NCBI GenBank assembly: GCA_020536535.1
Contig: JAHLWZ010000417.1
Location: forward strand, 15,226-79,225
Source of the DNA: Pelomyxa schiedti
Taxonomy: Eukaryota; Protista; Evosea
DNA: 64,000 bases
Direction of reading: 5' to 3'
Position 1 is the first letter of the stretch, and the number at the start of each line of letters is the position of its first letter. Position numbers and translations under genes: made by a program. Of the stretch, positions 28,001-39,706 are shown piece by piece. A model generated the notes under the pieces. The model saw only the letters and a program-made list of their open reading frames with translations, searched no databases and was not told where the DNA came from.

Positions 28001-28880
28001 CTCCCAATTCAGGTTTCCATCTCAAAATACACTTTCTTTCCCTCACTCACACAAAGATGATGAGCACTGCTGGAAACATCATTCCCGCTGAAGATGAATC
28101 CAATCAATTGGTTGAATACCGTGCATATACAAGCCCACAAACGGCAGCCATTGCTTCTATCTCACCTCCCAGCACAACAGGATCATCTCGGGTTTCAAGC
28201 GTGAATGTTGAGCCAAAGATGGTGGCTGATGTCTTTCTCTCTGTGGAGGGATCACTTGCTCGGAGCAACTCATGGCAGCCTCTGTCAGGGTCACCATTCA
28301 GAATCACAATAACAAGTATGCTTGATCCCCCGCTCTCTCATATATATATATCTCATCATCATCATTTTATTACCAACAACAAACACTCCGAACCTCTCCT
28401 ATCCCCTCCTATCCTTATCCCTATCCTATCCTTATTCTAACCAAACAAACCGCAGAGCCTCAGCAAGCCAGGAAGATTGGGGGACTGATTGCATCATCTT
28501 CCATGCCAGGATACCCACCCGAGAGGGTTCTGAACTACACCCACGATCACACCATGTACTGGGCCAGCACAGGCAACAAAGGCCAGTTCCTGGCTCTCGA
28601 CCTCACGGAGCCCTGCATCGTGCCGGTCGTGTGCCTGAGGACTCACGACATCGACGGCGCCATCAAGGACTTCACGATGTCCAGCGGCGCTTCTTCCTCT
28701 GGGCCGTGGACTGTTATGGGACATTTCACGGCCGCACGCAGCAAGCAGTGGCAAAGATTCCCAGTCGACCCGAAAACTTCGTCAGAGCTGCAGCAGCGAT
28801 GGGTCAGGCTGCTGTTTGACAGCACATACGGACCCCCTGATGTTAGGTATGTGGTTGTCAGTGGTGTAAAGTTCTGGTGA
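25030..28880 (+). CDS. TRIM/RBCC-like protein: degenerate RING, two B-boxes, coiled coil, filamin-like repeats, C-terminal F5/8 type C (discoidin-like) domain
   Basis: B-box1 CPICEE...CVVCRVLVC...H and B-box2 CPEHNRPLDMFCIKDNIPVCSTCILSGAH. Two GSPF filamin motifs. C-terminal YWAS...FLALDL...RWVRLLFDSTYG. Confidence 0.72.
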
Positions 28881-29011
28881 TGAAGGCAAACCTATATCAT
28901 AAATAACCCACGAGAGAATAAATTTTGGATGTTTTTCGTTTTTTTTTTGACACTTTATTATTATCTAGAGTCCTGAGGGAGACCGACCGAGTCTGGAAAA
29001 CTTTCCAGGCT

Positions 29012-31780
29012 TTATGTGAGGAATGGAGTGAGGTGGGTGGCTGCCTCTGATGCGGACATCCTATTGGCTGGCCTTGGGTGCATCATATCAACGAGGATGC
29101 GCGTGAGACACACAACACGCGGGTCAGCTGGGGAGGTGAAGGGAGGGGGAAGTGGGAATGACTCCACAAGTGTCCTGGTTGTGAACATGCTCATGTCCCT
29201 ATTCAGCTCACTCCCAATGAACTTGCGCGATGGGGGAAGCAGTGCGTTGTAGAACGTGATCGCCAGGCTGAACGAATCACACCTGGATAGCGGGAACAGC
29301 TGTGCACCACCGTGGGGGTTTTGAATCAAGGCCATTATCTCTGGTGGGATGGTGCCTGCGTTGCCCCACAGGTTGCCAGTTGGTTCCAGTACACTGCTCA
29401 GGTGGCCTTGCCGGTCTCTGACGCACTCCAGTGCCATCCCAAAGTCAATCAGTGTGAGCCTATGTGTTTGTGGGTCAACAAGGATGTTGGCCTCCTCGAT
29501 GTCTCTGTGTGTTTGAGGGGAAATAAGCACAAACATACACACAAGGTGAGAGGAAGATACCTGTGCACAATCGAATTTGACTCAAGATGGTTGACAGCAG
29601 AAAGAGCTTGATGGAAAAGATTCAAGGTGACAGCAACCTTGTCTGAGGATGGTGGCAGTGAGGTGAAGAAGGACTGCGGCGATCCTGACAGGTGAACACC
29701 TCCAAATGGCATCAAGAACGCAAATGACTTGCTGTGTTTGGCCCAGTCCACGTCATCTGGCTTGGCAACAGCAAGGAGGTCAAGGAACTCCTGGGGCAAA
29801 CTATTTATGGTTTTGATAAAAAAAACCGCTAGAGTGGCAGACACCTTGGGATCACAAGTGCACTGAGAGGGTGAGTGATGTTCCTGTGATGAGGGATGGA
29901 TGAGAGTGTCAGAACCTCCAACTGGTATTTATTTCTCAGTAGGGTTTGGCCGGAGATGTTGAATTGTAGTTTCATAACCATCATCTGTGGTTCTGGTGAT
30001 GCTTTGTTTCCATGAAACTGCACCTTGAACGCTGCACCATAAGAGCTTATTCCTAAGAGCTCCTTCACTATGAACTGTGATATATCTGCTGTAATCAGTG
30101 ATGTCATCAGGCTGATTGTTTGCTGCGTAGGGTATGAAGAGAGATTTCAAATATGGGCACACCGAGGAAAAGAACCTGGTATTGTTCTGCCTCAGCTTCC
30201 AACTTCCTCCGCACTACATCATGCTGCACTCTCAAGTTCATGATTGTCTCACCTTCTGACAGGCAAGACTGAAGGGTCTTGTTCTCGTCCTGTAACTTTT
30301 GAATAATTTGCAAATTATTCAGTTACCTTCATTGTGATATTAGTAGACACAACTCACCTTTGGAGTGCTTTCCTCGTGCACAATTGGTGCAGTTTCCCTT
30401 TTGTCATCCTGCTCCTGTCTTGTTGTGACACTGGAGCCACTGCAACTGTGGCCACTCAGACTCCCAGGTTCAGTACTCAGCAATGAAGCACATTGTGTTC
30501 GTGGGAGAAGTCTGGTGGCTGCTGCCTGCCACCATTCAAGATCAGTCTTTGGGGGAGGCTTGCACAAAACTTTTTGGACCAGTGCTTGGCGAATTTGATC
30601 CAACTTACACACATCCAAAACAGTCTGACCTTCCATATTCTTTGGAACACTCAGTCAGTGTGTCTTAGGGAAAAAGAGGAAGTACTTTGATGTTAAGGTT
30701 GATGTTTGGATGCTCAAGAAGAAGGTCAATAATTTTTAGATATCCATGCTCACAGGCCAAATGCAAAGGGGTCTGTGGAAAAGGTAAAAAATGGACCTAT
30801 TTACAATATTGGGGTGACACACATCTCCCTGGAGTGAAACCCAGTCATAATATCAGTCAATATGAAAAATAAATGGTTGTGGTGAAATTACATACACCCT
30901 GTCAGTTGCAGTTATTACGGAAGAGATGAAAAGGAGAGTTCGCCTACCAACTGCAAAGAAATGAAGGTTTGAGGAGAGACAAGAGTGAGTGCATAAGCAT
31001 GTTGTTACAAAGCGGGAGAGTTCACATACCCCCTGCAAATAGATGAAATTGGGTTCCAAGTGTAAATTGTAGAATGAGATTAGGAGAAGAGGTAAGGAGG
31101 GAAGCACATACAGCCTGTCTCAAATACAATTGGTTCATAATTTCCATGAATCAGGGAATGATAGTGAGTGGCATGTTGGTGCTGAGGGGGTTCACATACC
31201 CACTATCAACAAACGATTTCCAAGAGAGAGGCAAAAAGTATGAGTGCAATGCTGGGTTAGGAGAGTAGTTCACATACAGTCTGACATCCGAAATGAAATT
31301 CGGATTCCGAACCAAGAGGAAAGAGAAATGAGCAAAAAAAAAAAAAAAAGAGTTCAGGATAAACTTACAGCCTGTAAAAATGAGGAAGGAGTACAAGTGC
31401 TGTGTAGGCATTGAAGTTTGTGTAAGCGTTACACACCTGTCTGTTCGGATCAGCCCCCCTTTGCAGCAACACTTGAACACATTCATAACGTCCGTAGGTT
31501 GCTGCAAAGTGCAGTGCAGCCTGCGTGCCGTTGCCATAACGACGATGCAAACAAAAGACTTTCGGAAAGCCCAGCCAAAAAAGCCACATACCTTTGTGTC
31601 CCTTGAGCCCATCTGCTGCGCGTCGGGGTTAGTTCCCTCCCGCAGCATCCTGTCGAGCGTCGCGGCGTCGCCATTCTCTGCAGCCTCGAAGAACTTCCAC
31701 GGCGCGTATGCGGGTGCGTCCACAGCAACCCCTGCTGACGACGAAGACGATTGTGGCGGCGTCTGGGGAGCTCCCGACAT
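29012..31780 (-). CDS. Ankyrin-repeat + coiled-coil + PINK1-like Ser/Thr protein kinase
   Basis: ANK motifs (ALHFAATYGRYECVQVLLQRGADPN). Kinase motifs LGISSYG, VMKLQFN, HRNI, HR|DIEEANILV, LIDFGMA, GNAGTIPPE and CDSFSL. Confidence 0.8.
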
Positions 31781-31877
31781 TTTTTTTTTTTTGTGTGTGT
31801 GTGACGGTTGGACTGGAAAGATTGATGGAACATCGTCTTTCGTGAAAGACGAACACGTCTACAACCCATCTGTGATC

Positions 31878-32293
31878 ATGTCGGACAAAGGCTCGAGCCT
31901 TATGTTTCTGCACCCTCTAGCTCTTCTCATCGCAGAGGCAGAGAGACTGAAACTTGGTGAGAGGGCTCTACCACCCACGGCCGATATCTTGTCGCCCGCA
32001 GCCCCACCGGCCTCGACCGTCGCTGACACGCCGCCGCTGCCAGCAGTAGATCGGACACCTGTGGATCCACCGTCTCGTATCCTCTTTTGTTCCCTGTGTC
32101 ACAACCCCCTGTATTGCGACTACGTCAGCAATACCTACTGCTGTCACAAGATCTGCTTTGCTGTGCGCATCTCTCTTTTTTATTTACTACTACTATTCAC
32201 ACAACCAATGCTGAAAAACTGCAGTGCTTGCCAAAGCTGTCTGGGACGTGCCCTGTTGCATCGTGTAAAAAGCAATATTATCCAGTGGACTGA
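31878..32293 (+). CDS. Small C3HC4 RING finger protein
   Basis: One GT-AG intron joins CSLCHNPLYCDYVSNTYCCHKICFA|CLPKLSGTCPVASCKKQYYPVD*, giving a complete RING spacing. Confidence 0.7.
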
Positions 32294-32453
32294 TGGCTCA
32301 TCCAGAGCAAATAGCAAACAATGTCAAATGTAAAAAAAAGCACTCCCAGTCTCCACTGAGGTCAGGATACTAGTTTAGATCCCGCCGGTCATTATGAGTG
32401 TTGTGCCAAGTTGAACGACTGTGCTGTGCGCATGAACGTGTAGAGCACCAGCG

Positions 32454-32717
32454 TCACAACAAGGTAGCTACTCCCGCCTGCAAACAAAGGTGCCGGTGGG
32501 GTCACTTTATTCTTTGCCCACATCCTGTCAAATCAGTTAAATTGGCAAGAGGCACCTCCATCATAAGATCTACATACAGTAATGTGTACAAGACGTAGAC
32601 CAGAGAGCACGCAAACATCACCGCGTTCACAGGCGAAGGCAATGCAAACCAGCAAACTAACGCTGCAATCCCACCCAACACCAACTGACCACGTGTCCCA
32701 CACAGATCTTTCTCCAT
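32454..32717 (-). CDS. Putative ~60-aa two-TM microprotein
   Basis: Two GT-AG introns give MEKDLCGTRGQLVLGGIAALVCWFALPSPVNAVMFACSLVYVLYTLL|MWAKNK|AGVATLL*. No homology recognised. Confidence 0.4.
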
Positions 32718-32891
32718 CTCGCACGGCAATTTGTTGTAGGATTTTGGTTTGTGCTGTTTGCTGTTGGCTCTTTGTTAGTTTGACATTCTGTTCTTTGGGA
32801 ATGCATCACTCCCCTGCGTGTCATTGTGTCATTTCTTTTTTTTTTTTCGTTTCGCGATCTGACGGACATTGGTTCAAAAATAAAATAAAAA

Positions 32892-35463
32892 ATGAACAAA
32901 ATGAGGGACGGTTCACCGTACGAGCGGTTGCAACAACGACACTACGTGAGTGCGGCAAATCAGTTGTTGGAGGAGTACCGCTTGATAGAACGGGTGAACA
33001 CGTTGAGGGAGTGCACACCGTCGTTTTTTGTTGTACTTCTGGAAGTCATGTTTGCCAGGAAACTGCCAGTTCGTTTCTTGGAGTAGTTTTGATTCGTATT
33101 AAGAAAATGTCGCAGGACATCATACGAAACCCGGTTTCGGAAGAGGACTATGTATATAATTCCACTGTACTTATTGACACGTTATCCGTTCATGTGATTT
33201 GTCCAACCCCCTCTTGATCAAGTAAACAAAATGCTACAGCATAATGTCTGTGAACATCTTCTAAAGTCACGCCAAGGTTCTTGGTGTAGATTTGTCTCAC
33301 ATAGCCCCTGAGTTGTTGGCACACGGTCATCAACAAACTATAAAAGACCTAATTGAGATATTCGTACAAGTTTCTCAAATTCTCAAAACTGTACCAAGTA
33401 TTTTTTCCCTCCCTACCACTGCAGCCCACCAAAACAGAAAGGTCCAACAGAAACTGCCAGTAAGCTGCGGTCAAAGTCTCCCAAAAGAAACTCCCTTATA
33501 GCTCAGTCAAGTACACATAACCAGACTAGACATCTTACTCTCCAACCGCAAGTGGAGCCAAGAAATGATATTCACCACTGCCTGCACGTTACTCCCAAGT
33601 CAGAACACAATGCCCAAATACCCCAAGGGAAGCAACCGAAAGTATCTGTAGTACCAACAACACAAATTAGACAGCGAGAAATCAATGGAATGGAAAACGA
33701 GCATCCAATGCAGCCACCAAGCGTCGGAATTCAACCACACGAGCCACATGAGACCACAGAGTCCCAAGAATACCGCCAACACCCCTCGCCACACCGTCAA
33801 GAACGTGGGCACCTCACCTCACATACAACAAAAGAGGAACAAACTACAACTGAACAGATTCCGCCCCGATTACCAATTGATTCCTCCCTATCTTACCCTC
33901 ATCCTTCACACTCCTGTCCCAATTACCATCATGTTGCTTGCCAAGTCTTACAAACTCAAGTTCCCACTATCTGCAATTTCCACCAAGATAATTTTCATTC
34001 GGGCCAACATGGTCATCCCAACAATGTCTGCTCCATTCTAGGGGATACTGGTATTATTTGCAATTCGGAATGTTCTCCTGTCAAGGGACGAAACTGCACT
34101 TCCGCATATGCAAATCAATCTCCAGAGACCATACCAACAAATCCGCAAGAATTGGCGCCTCGCCCAAGAGCCACAACACAGTCGGAACAGTCAGACTATA
34201 GGTAAGTCTACTTCCCTGTCTCACTCGCACTTAACGAAAGGACTAGGAATGATCTGGACCAACTTGCAACTCGAGTGAATCAGCTCATGATTCATAGACT
34301 GAAGACCCCATCAACTAAGTCTGTTATATATTCCCAATTATTCAGATGCTAATAAAACCAGAACTTCCGAGGCAATCGGTTCAAAAGGACCGAGTACTGA
34401 TGCCGTAATCCCTTCGAAAAAGGAAGTTATTGAACCGTTATCACCCAGTGATACTACAACAAATAGTGGAGCTACTAAGCCGAGTACTGGAGAAGCTCCT
34501 TGGGAAGGAGAGGAAGATGTAATAAGCCCTTGCACCGGGAGTAAGCACTCAATTTCCACAGACAGTGACAGACCCTCCTTATGCATATGAGCTTGAGCCA
34601 AACTGTACCCAAGTACAGCAAAATAAGAAAGTTATACAAGCACTTGAATCATCACAACGCAGACAAACGTTTCATCAGCATATCCAGCGTGAGTTGGATG
34701 CTGCTGCTCGTAAGGTTACTTGCCTTTTATCCCCACAATGCTAACCCTTTTTGAAGAAGGCACAAGATGAGGAAATAAGTCTTTCCCGGGCGAAAAAGCG
34801 ATACGACCAAGAAGCACGAGTAATGGAGGTTTAAGCAAACAATTGTAAACAAAATTGACCCTTCTTTCTCCAGAATCGAATTTCCCGCATCCGAGAAGAC
34901 CAACAACGGTTTGCCTAAGAAGGGGGCACATCCAAATAAATAACCGCGAAATAGGTCCTACAATTCCATGATGGCCCATCAGGAAGCGGTGGCCCAACAC
35001 AAGTATCACAAAGTGTATGTTCCTAATTTCCGTCCGTTTCTCAATTGCTTTCCAGTATAAAGGATGCCCTTCAGGAACAACGGGAAATGCTGCATGAAGC
35101 TCGTATCCGGTCTCAAGAAGAAGCCATAAGGCATCAGACTGCTTTCGATTCCAAAGCAGCCAGTAAGCGCAATTTGTATGTACCTTTTTTGCCCAACCTC
35201 ACTAACAATTTGCAAACAAAAAACAAGTATTACTGACCAGTATAGAATGGTAGAAGAAGAAATGGCACAGCAGGCCGCAGATTGCGTGACAGCTCAAAAA
35301 GCCCAAACAGAGGTACCAGCATCATTTTCCACAGCAAAAACAAACCTGTAACAACAAGGTGTTGCGTAAAGTGGAGCAAAAACTCAGAGCCAAGATACAA
35401 GAACAACAGAGGCAACTCAACAGTCAAATGCAAGCGCAATTGCAAGGCAACTTTCTGTTTTAA
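32892..35463 (+). CDS. CEP95: Centrosomal protein CEP95-like
   Basis: N-terminal YVSAANQLL...LRECTPSFFVVLLE...LP|DIIRNPVSEEDYVYN...LIDTLS...VDLSHIAPELLAHGHQQTIKDLIEIF parallels the CEP95 N-terminal domain. C-terminal coiled coil. Confidence 0.8.
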
Positions 35464-35607
35464 ATACTGACAATCAGCGGCAGGGAAGAAGTACGGAACA
35501 ACAAAAAAAAAATGCTTTCTTCGAAATAACAAACAAAACTCTCAAATGCTAATTAACACACCGGGTGTTTCGGTCTAGTGGTACAGTGAAGCGCAAGCAA
35601 CGAGATC

Positions 35608-36867
35608 TCAGGAACATCTAACCGTAAATGCGACACCGCCGTTGTTGTTACTGTTGTTGTTGGATGTGGTGTGGCTCAGTGGAGGTAGTCTGTTGCGCGT
35701 TTCCGGTGGTGTGGTGATGGCGATCGTCGTTTGGGGAGGAGGGTTGTTGTTGCCGCGGAACCACGGCATAACCAGGCTCTCAAAAGCGCGATGGGGGTTT
35801 TTGAGGCTACTGGTTGTTGGCGAAGTTGATTGGTGTGGCTGCGGCTGCGACCGGGGCCCGGGGGTGCTGAGTCCTGGTGCGTTTGATAGAGGAGAAGTAC
35901 TTTCTTGGGAGGAATCTCCGTACAGTGTGTGGGGATGATGTGGAGGGCTGGGCAAATTGCGAGCGAAAACTGTGCGATTGGGGGCTGTGGCTGGGGCTTG
36001 CTGCATTGTCCACTTTCTATGCTTGGGCCACAGTGCCATTGGTTGGGGAATGTTGGAAGGTGGTGAGAGAACAAAACCGGGGGGTGGTGTTGATTGCCCT
36101 TTGAAGGATGGGCGTGGTGGTGACATGGTGGATTTGCATGCCATTGAGTGATGCTTGATATCGCAAGTCAGAGTTGGTGAAGTGCGACTGGAGCATGATG
36201 TTAAATCAGGCGAATCCGGAGTAGGCGGCGGGGCCGGGGGTAAACCCATAAGAATGCGCACAGGCCCATACAATACGGGGCTTTGAAACTGATTTTGGTA
36301 AAACAGGTCACATAACGCAGTGAATTGGACTGACGGCCGTCGTTTAGTAAAAGCCTTCTCCAATTCCACGAGCTATAAATACCAAGTAAGAATACACGCA
36401 TTTTGGAGAAGCGGACTTACTCGGTACAGGTACTCAACGAATGGGGCACTTTGAGGAACTAACTGCTTAAGGAAAGTCGACGCGGCAGAGAGTTTCCAGC
36501 CCATTCCAATCACCATCCACGCAAGTACTACTACTACACTCTGGTTGAGCCCGGTATCACAAGTGATAACAGTGGGAGGAGACTTCGCCGCGCCGTCGCC
36601 GCCGATCACCTTGCTGTCAATAAAATCGAAGCACTGGGGCAGCACTTCAAACAAGTCCGGAACGCGGACTCTCTTGCCCTTGCATACACCATTTCTCGGC
36701 GCCATGTGCACCATCTTGATGCACCGGGAACTGCACTCGGCGTTCGCGGGCCTCTCTGAGCACAGTCTCAACCACTTCACCCTCTCGTCTGACACATAGA
36801 ATGGCTTGCAAATGGCTGTACATCCGAGGTACAGCACTCCGTTAATAACCGGTACGGCCGCTTGCAT
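35608..36867 (-). CDS. Dual-specificity phosphatase-like protein 2 (predicted inactive, C-x5-Q)
   Basis: VINGVLYLG, DLFEVLPQCFDFID, VITCDTGLNQSVVVVLAWMV and PFVEYLYR|LVELEK. Pro/Ser-rich tail. Confidence 0.78.
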
Positions 36868-37192
36868 TTTAGATTTCGATTTTTTTTTTGTTTACCTGTT
36901 CTTTGTTGTTTACGCTTTTTTTCTTTTGGTGCTGCCATTCTTTTTTTTTCGTTGTCCTTGTAGGGTGACAGATTTCATTTCAGTGAGTGGCTTGATCATT
37001 ATTCTGAAACAATTGGCTTCGAACCATCGGCACCTATATATGTATGTATCGATAGGGCAAGTTCACTGAAGTGTTGTGCAAAGAGTTCTTCATCACAGAA
37101 AAAAAACGATGCATTCAATGAAGGGATCATCATGATGAGATGGAGGGACGATTTCAATTACGCTAAGGTGAAAAGCACCGTTTCGGGTACGC

Positions 37193-39249
37193 CTAGGACA
37201 ACAAGTTCACCACGTTGGCTATGTGTGTATGGCATATCGGGCACGAGCTGCAGTGCAAGCTGCATTCACTATAGTAATGTTAATAAGGTGTGGGAACAAA
37301 GATACAGACCCGCAGAGTGCAAAGTGCAAACAAGGGTGGCACATGGCTTCACGTCTTCTGATACCACAGGCCATGCAAATGGTGACGCTGACCTCTAGGT
37401 CTCGCATCATTGTATCTGTTAATCCACCACTGGTTTCTAGTGAGGAACTTGTTTGGAGTGGGGGCGGGCTGGTTGAACCTGAGGAAGACGTTGTGAGGTG
37501 GGTTTGGGGTGGAGAAGTTACATGCGGAGGAACCTGGGGTGAGTATGGCGGTGGGAGTGGAGAAGACTGCGAGAGGAGGGGTGGAGTTTGATGAAATGAA
37601 CTGGGGGACGTTTGCAAATGCTGTTGCGGAGCAGTAGATGGTGAGTGGAGAAATTGCGGAGAATCTTTTTGTTGTTGGCTTGGGGGAATGGCGTATGGTG
37701 AGTGGGAATGTGGGACCACAGTAAAATTAGAGAACTTGATGACTTTGTGGTGAGGCGATGTACCCTGACTAAAGAGGGGGTGTGGATACTGCAACACTGT
37801 TTGTAGGGGGAAACAGCAGTTCCTTGGATCATCGCGAAAAGGGTCATCTCCAAACAAATAAGCAAAGGCTCCATTTGGCCAGGTTGAGCTGTACTCCTGT
37901 CCACTTGGAGACCAAACTCTCTCTGAAGGGCGGATCCAACAAAAATACCTAGCACCCCCATCAAACAATTCCTTAATTGAAACAGGTTGAAATCTTCCCT
38001 GTTTCCACAGGAGGTCAGTTAAGTCTAATGGCCACGGATGTGCAGCTCCAAATTCCATCACAGTTGTATATGATTTGTGACTCGTATTAGGCCCGCTTAA
38101 GTGGGAAGTGGCCGCTTGTGGGTGCGTTTGTGTACATCCTGTGCTTCCTGATGCTGCATGCTTGGATCTGTTTGGCTTTCCTATTGTAACTGAGTACAGT
38201 ACTTGTCCTTGAACGTCAGTATAAACGAAGCCGCCAACAGATGCAAATGCGAGAACTGACTCGGACCTCAACGCCTTGCGATTCTTGATTTTGTCAGCGG
38301 TGGCTTCAGCTGGAACCCCTGAACTACCGCACATACCGGAGGAACTTCCTCTACTAGCAAGAAGTCTGGCAAATCCAGGGAGCGGGTAACACCACGCAAA
38401 CGAAGCAGCTCTCTGCCGGATATGAGGCGGTAGAACGCGAGCATGCTCCGTGGTTAGTGCATTCCACGGGGATGTTGATCCCACTGTCCCAACGGCCTCG
38501 GAATCCACCCCGGTATTTGATGACATGGAACGGATAGAGTTCCCGCTTCTTCGAAGCAGCTGCAAGCGAGACAACGATGACACTATCTGCGGAGATTCGG
38601 AGCCCCCAGTGGCATCCTTTGGAGAAAACGGCTGCAGAGACTGCAATAGGCGCCCCACGTCAAGTTCGTATGCACAAATGTCAGGTATGACACTGTGAAA
38701 CCACACTCCGGCTGGGACAACGTGGAACGGACCAAGTTGGTTTGGGAACAATGTGCGCCAATCAGGTAATGATGACGTAGGTTGCATTTGCCCCAGTTCC
38801 AGTCCCAGTGATCCATCAAGAGACACTGGAGATTCTGACTGTGATTGGAACTGTGATTGTGAATTAGATTGAGTTTGAGATTGTGACTGCAGTTGTGGTT
38901 GTGGTGTGTTGAATGGAAGGGGCTGTTGTGAATGAGGGGGGATAGCGGTGCCCAAAGGGAGTTGTGGGAGGGACCTCAGGAGAAGCTGTTGCTGGGCAAA
39001 AACCTGATGCTGCACGAGGTTCTGTTGTGCCAGCTGAGCCTGCGTGGCCTGCAGTTGGTGAGCAAAAGGAGTTTCTGCTACCGGCGATGGCGGCGGCGGC
39101 GGTCGTCGCTGTATTGGTTCCAGTATTAGAGACCGCGGTTGTGGGTAATAAGGAGGGAGTGGTTGCTGTTGGTACGGGAACTGGGGAATAGGGGGAGTTG
39201 ACTGGACAATAGCAGAGGGATAGAACGGATAAAAATGCTGAGGGTACAT
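37193..39249 (-). CDS. Protein with uncharacterised central domain and C-terminal RING (IAP/MGRN-type spacing)
   Basis: Long exon plus one intron gives CMACGIRRREAMCHPCLHFALCG|ECSLHCSSCPICHTHIANVVNLLS*. Confidence 0.75.
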
Positions 39250-39706
39250 CCGGCGGCCACGAAAGGGGAAAAAAAAGTGGTGTGTTGTGATCAACGTCCA
39301 ACCTCGATCAATGGTTGGCTTGTTCCCGGTTACATGTCACAAATGATGGGAATGTTGTTTGTGTTCGGTTGGATGCCACCCACGTGGTTACTCAGAGGAA
39401 GGCCCGAATAGGTTCCTGGGCCCAGGCGAATCATCTGTGTGCTTTCACAGAAACAAAAACAAATAAAAGAAAGGAAAAACGAACCGAAGAGCAGGTACCC
39501 CGCCGGCATCGACCGAACAAAACCGAGATCTGTGCAGTACGCCACGGGAACCCCAGGACCAGTCACCACAAGATCTCGACAACTTTGTGTGCAGTGAGGA
39601 CTCCATACTTGTTGCTGCGGATCTTGGTCGCGCGAGATCTGATGCTGCTGGTTGTTGTGACGGAATTGGCACGTCTAGAGGTGGTTTTGGGGTGACACGC
39701 AGATCA

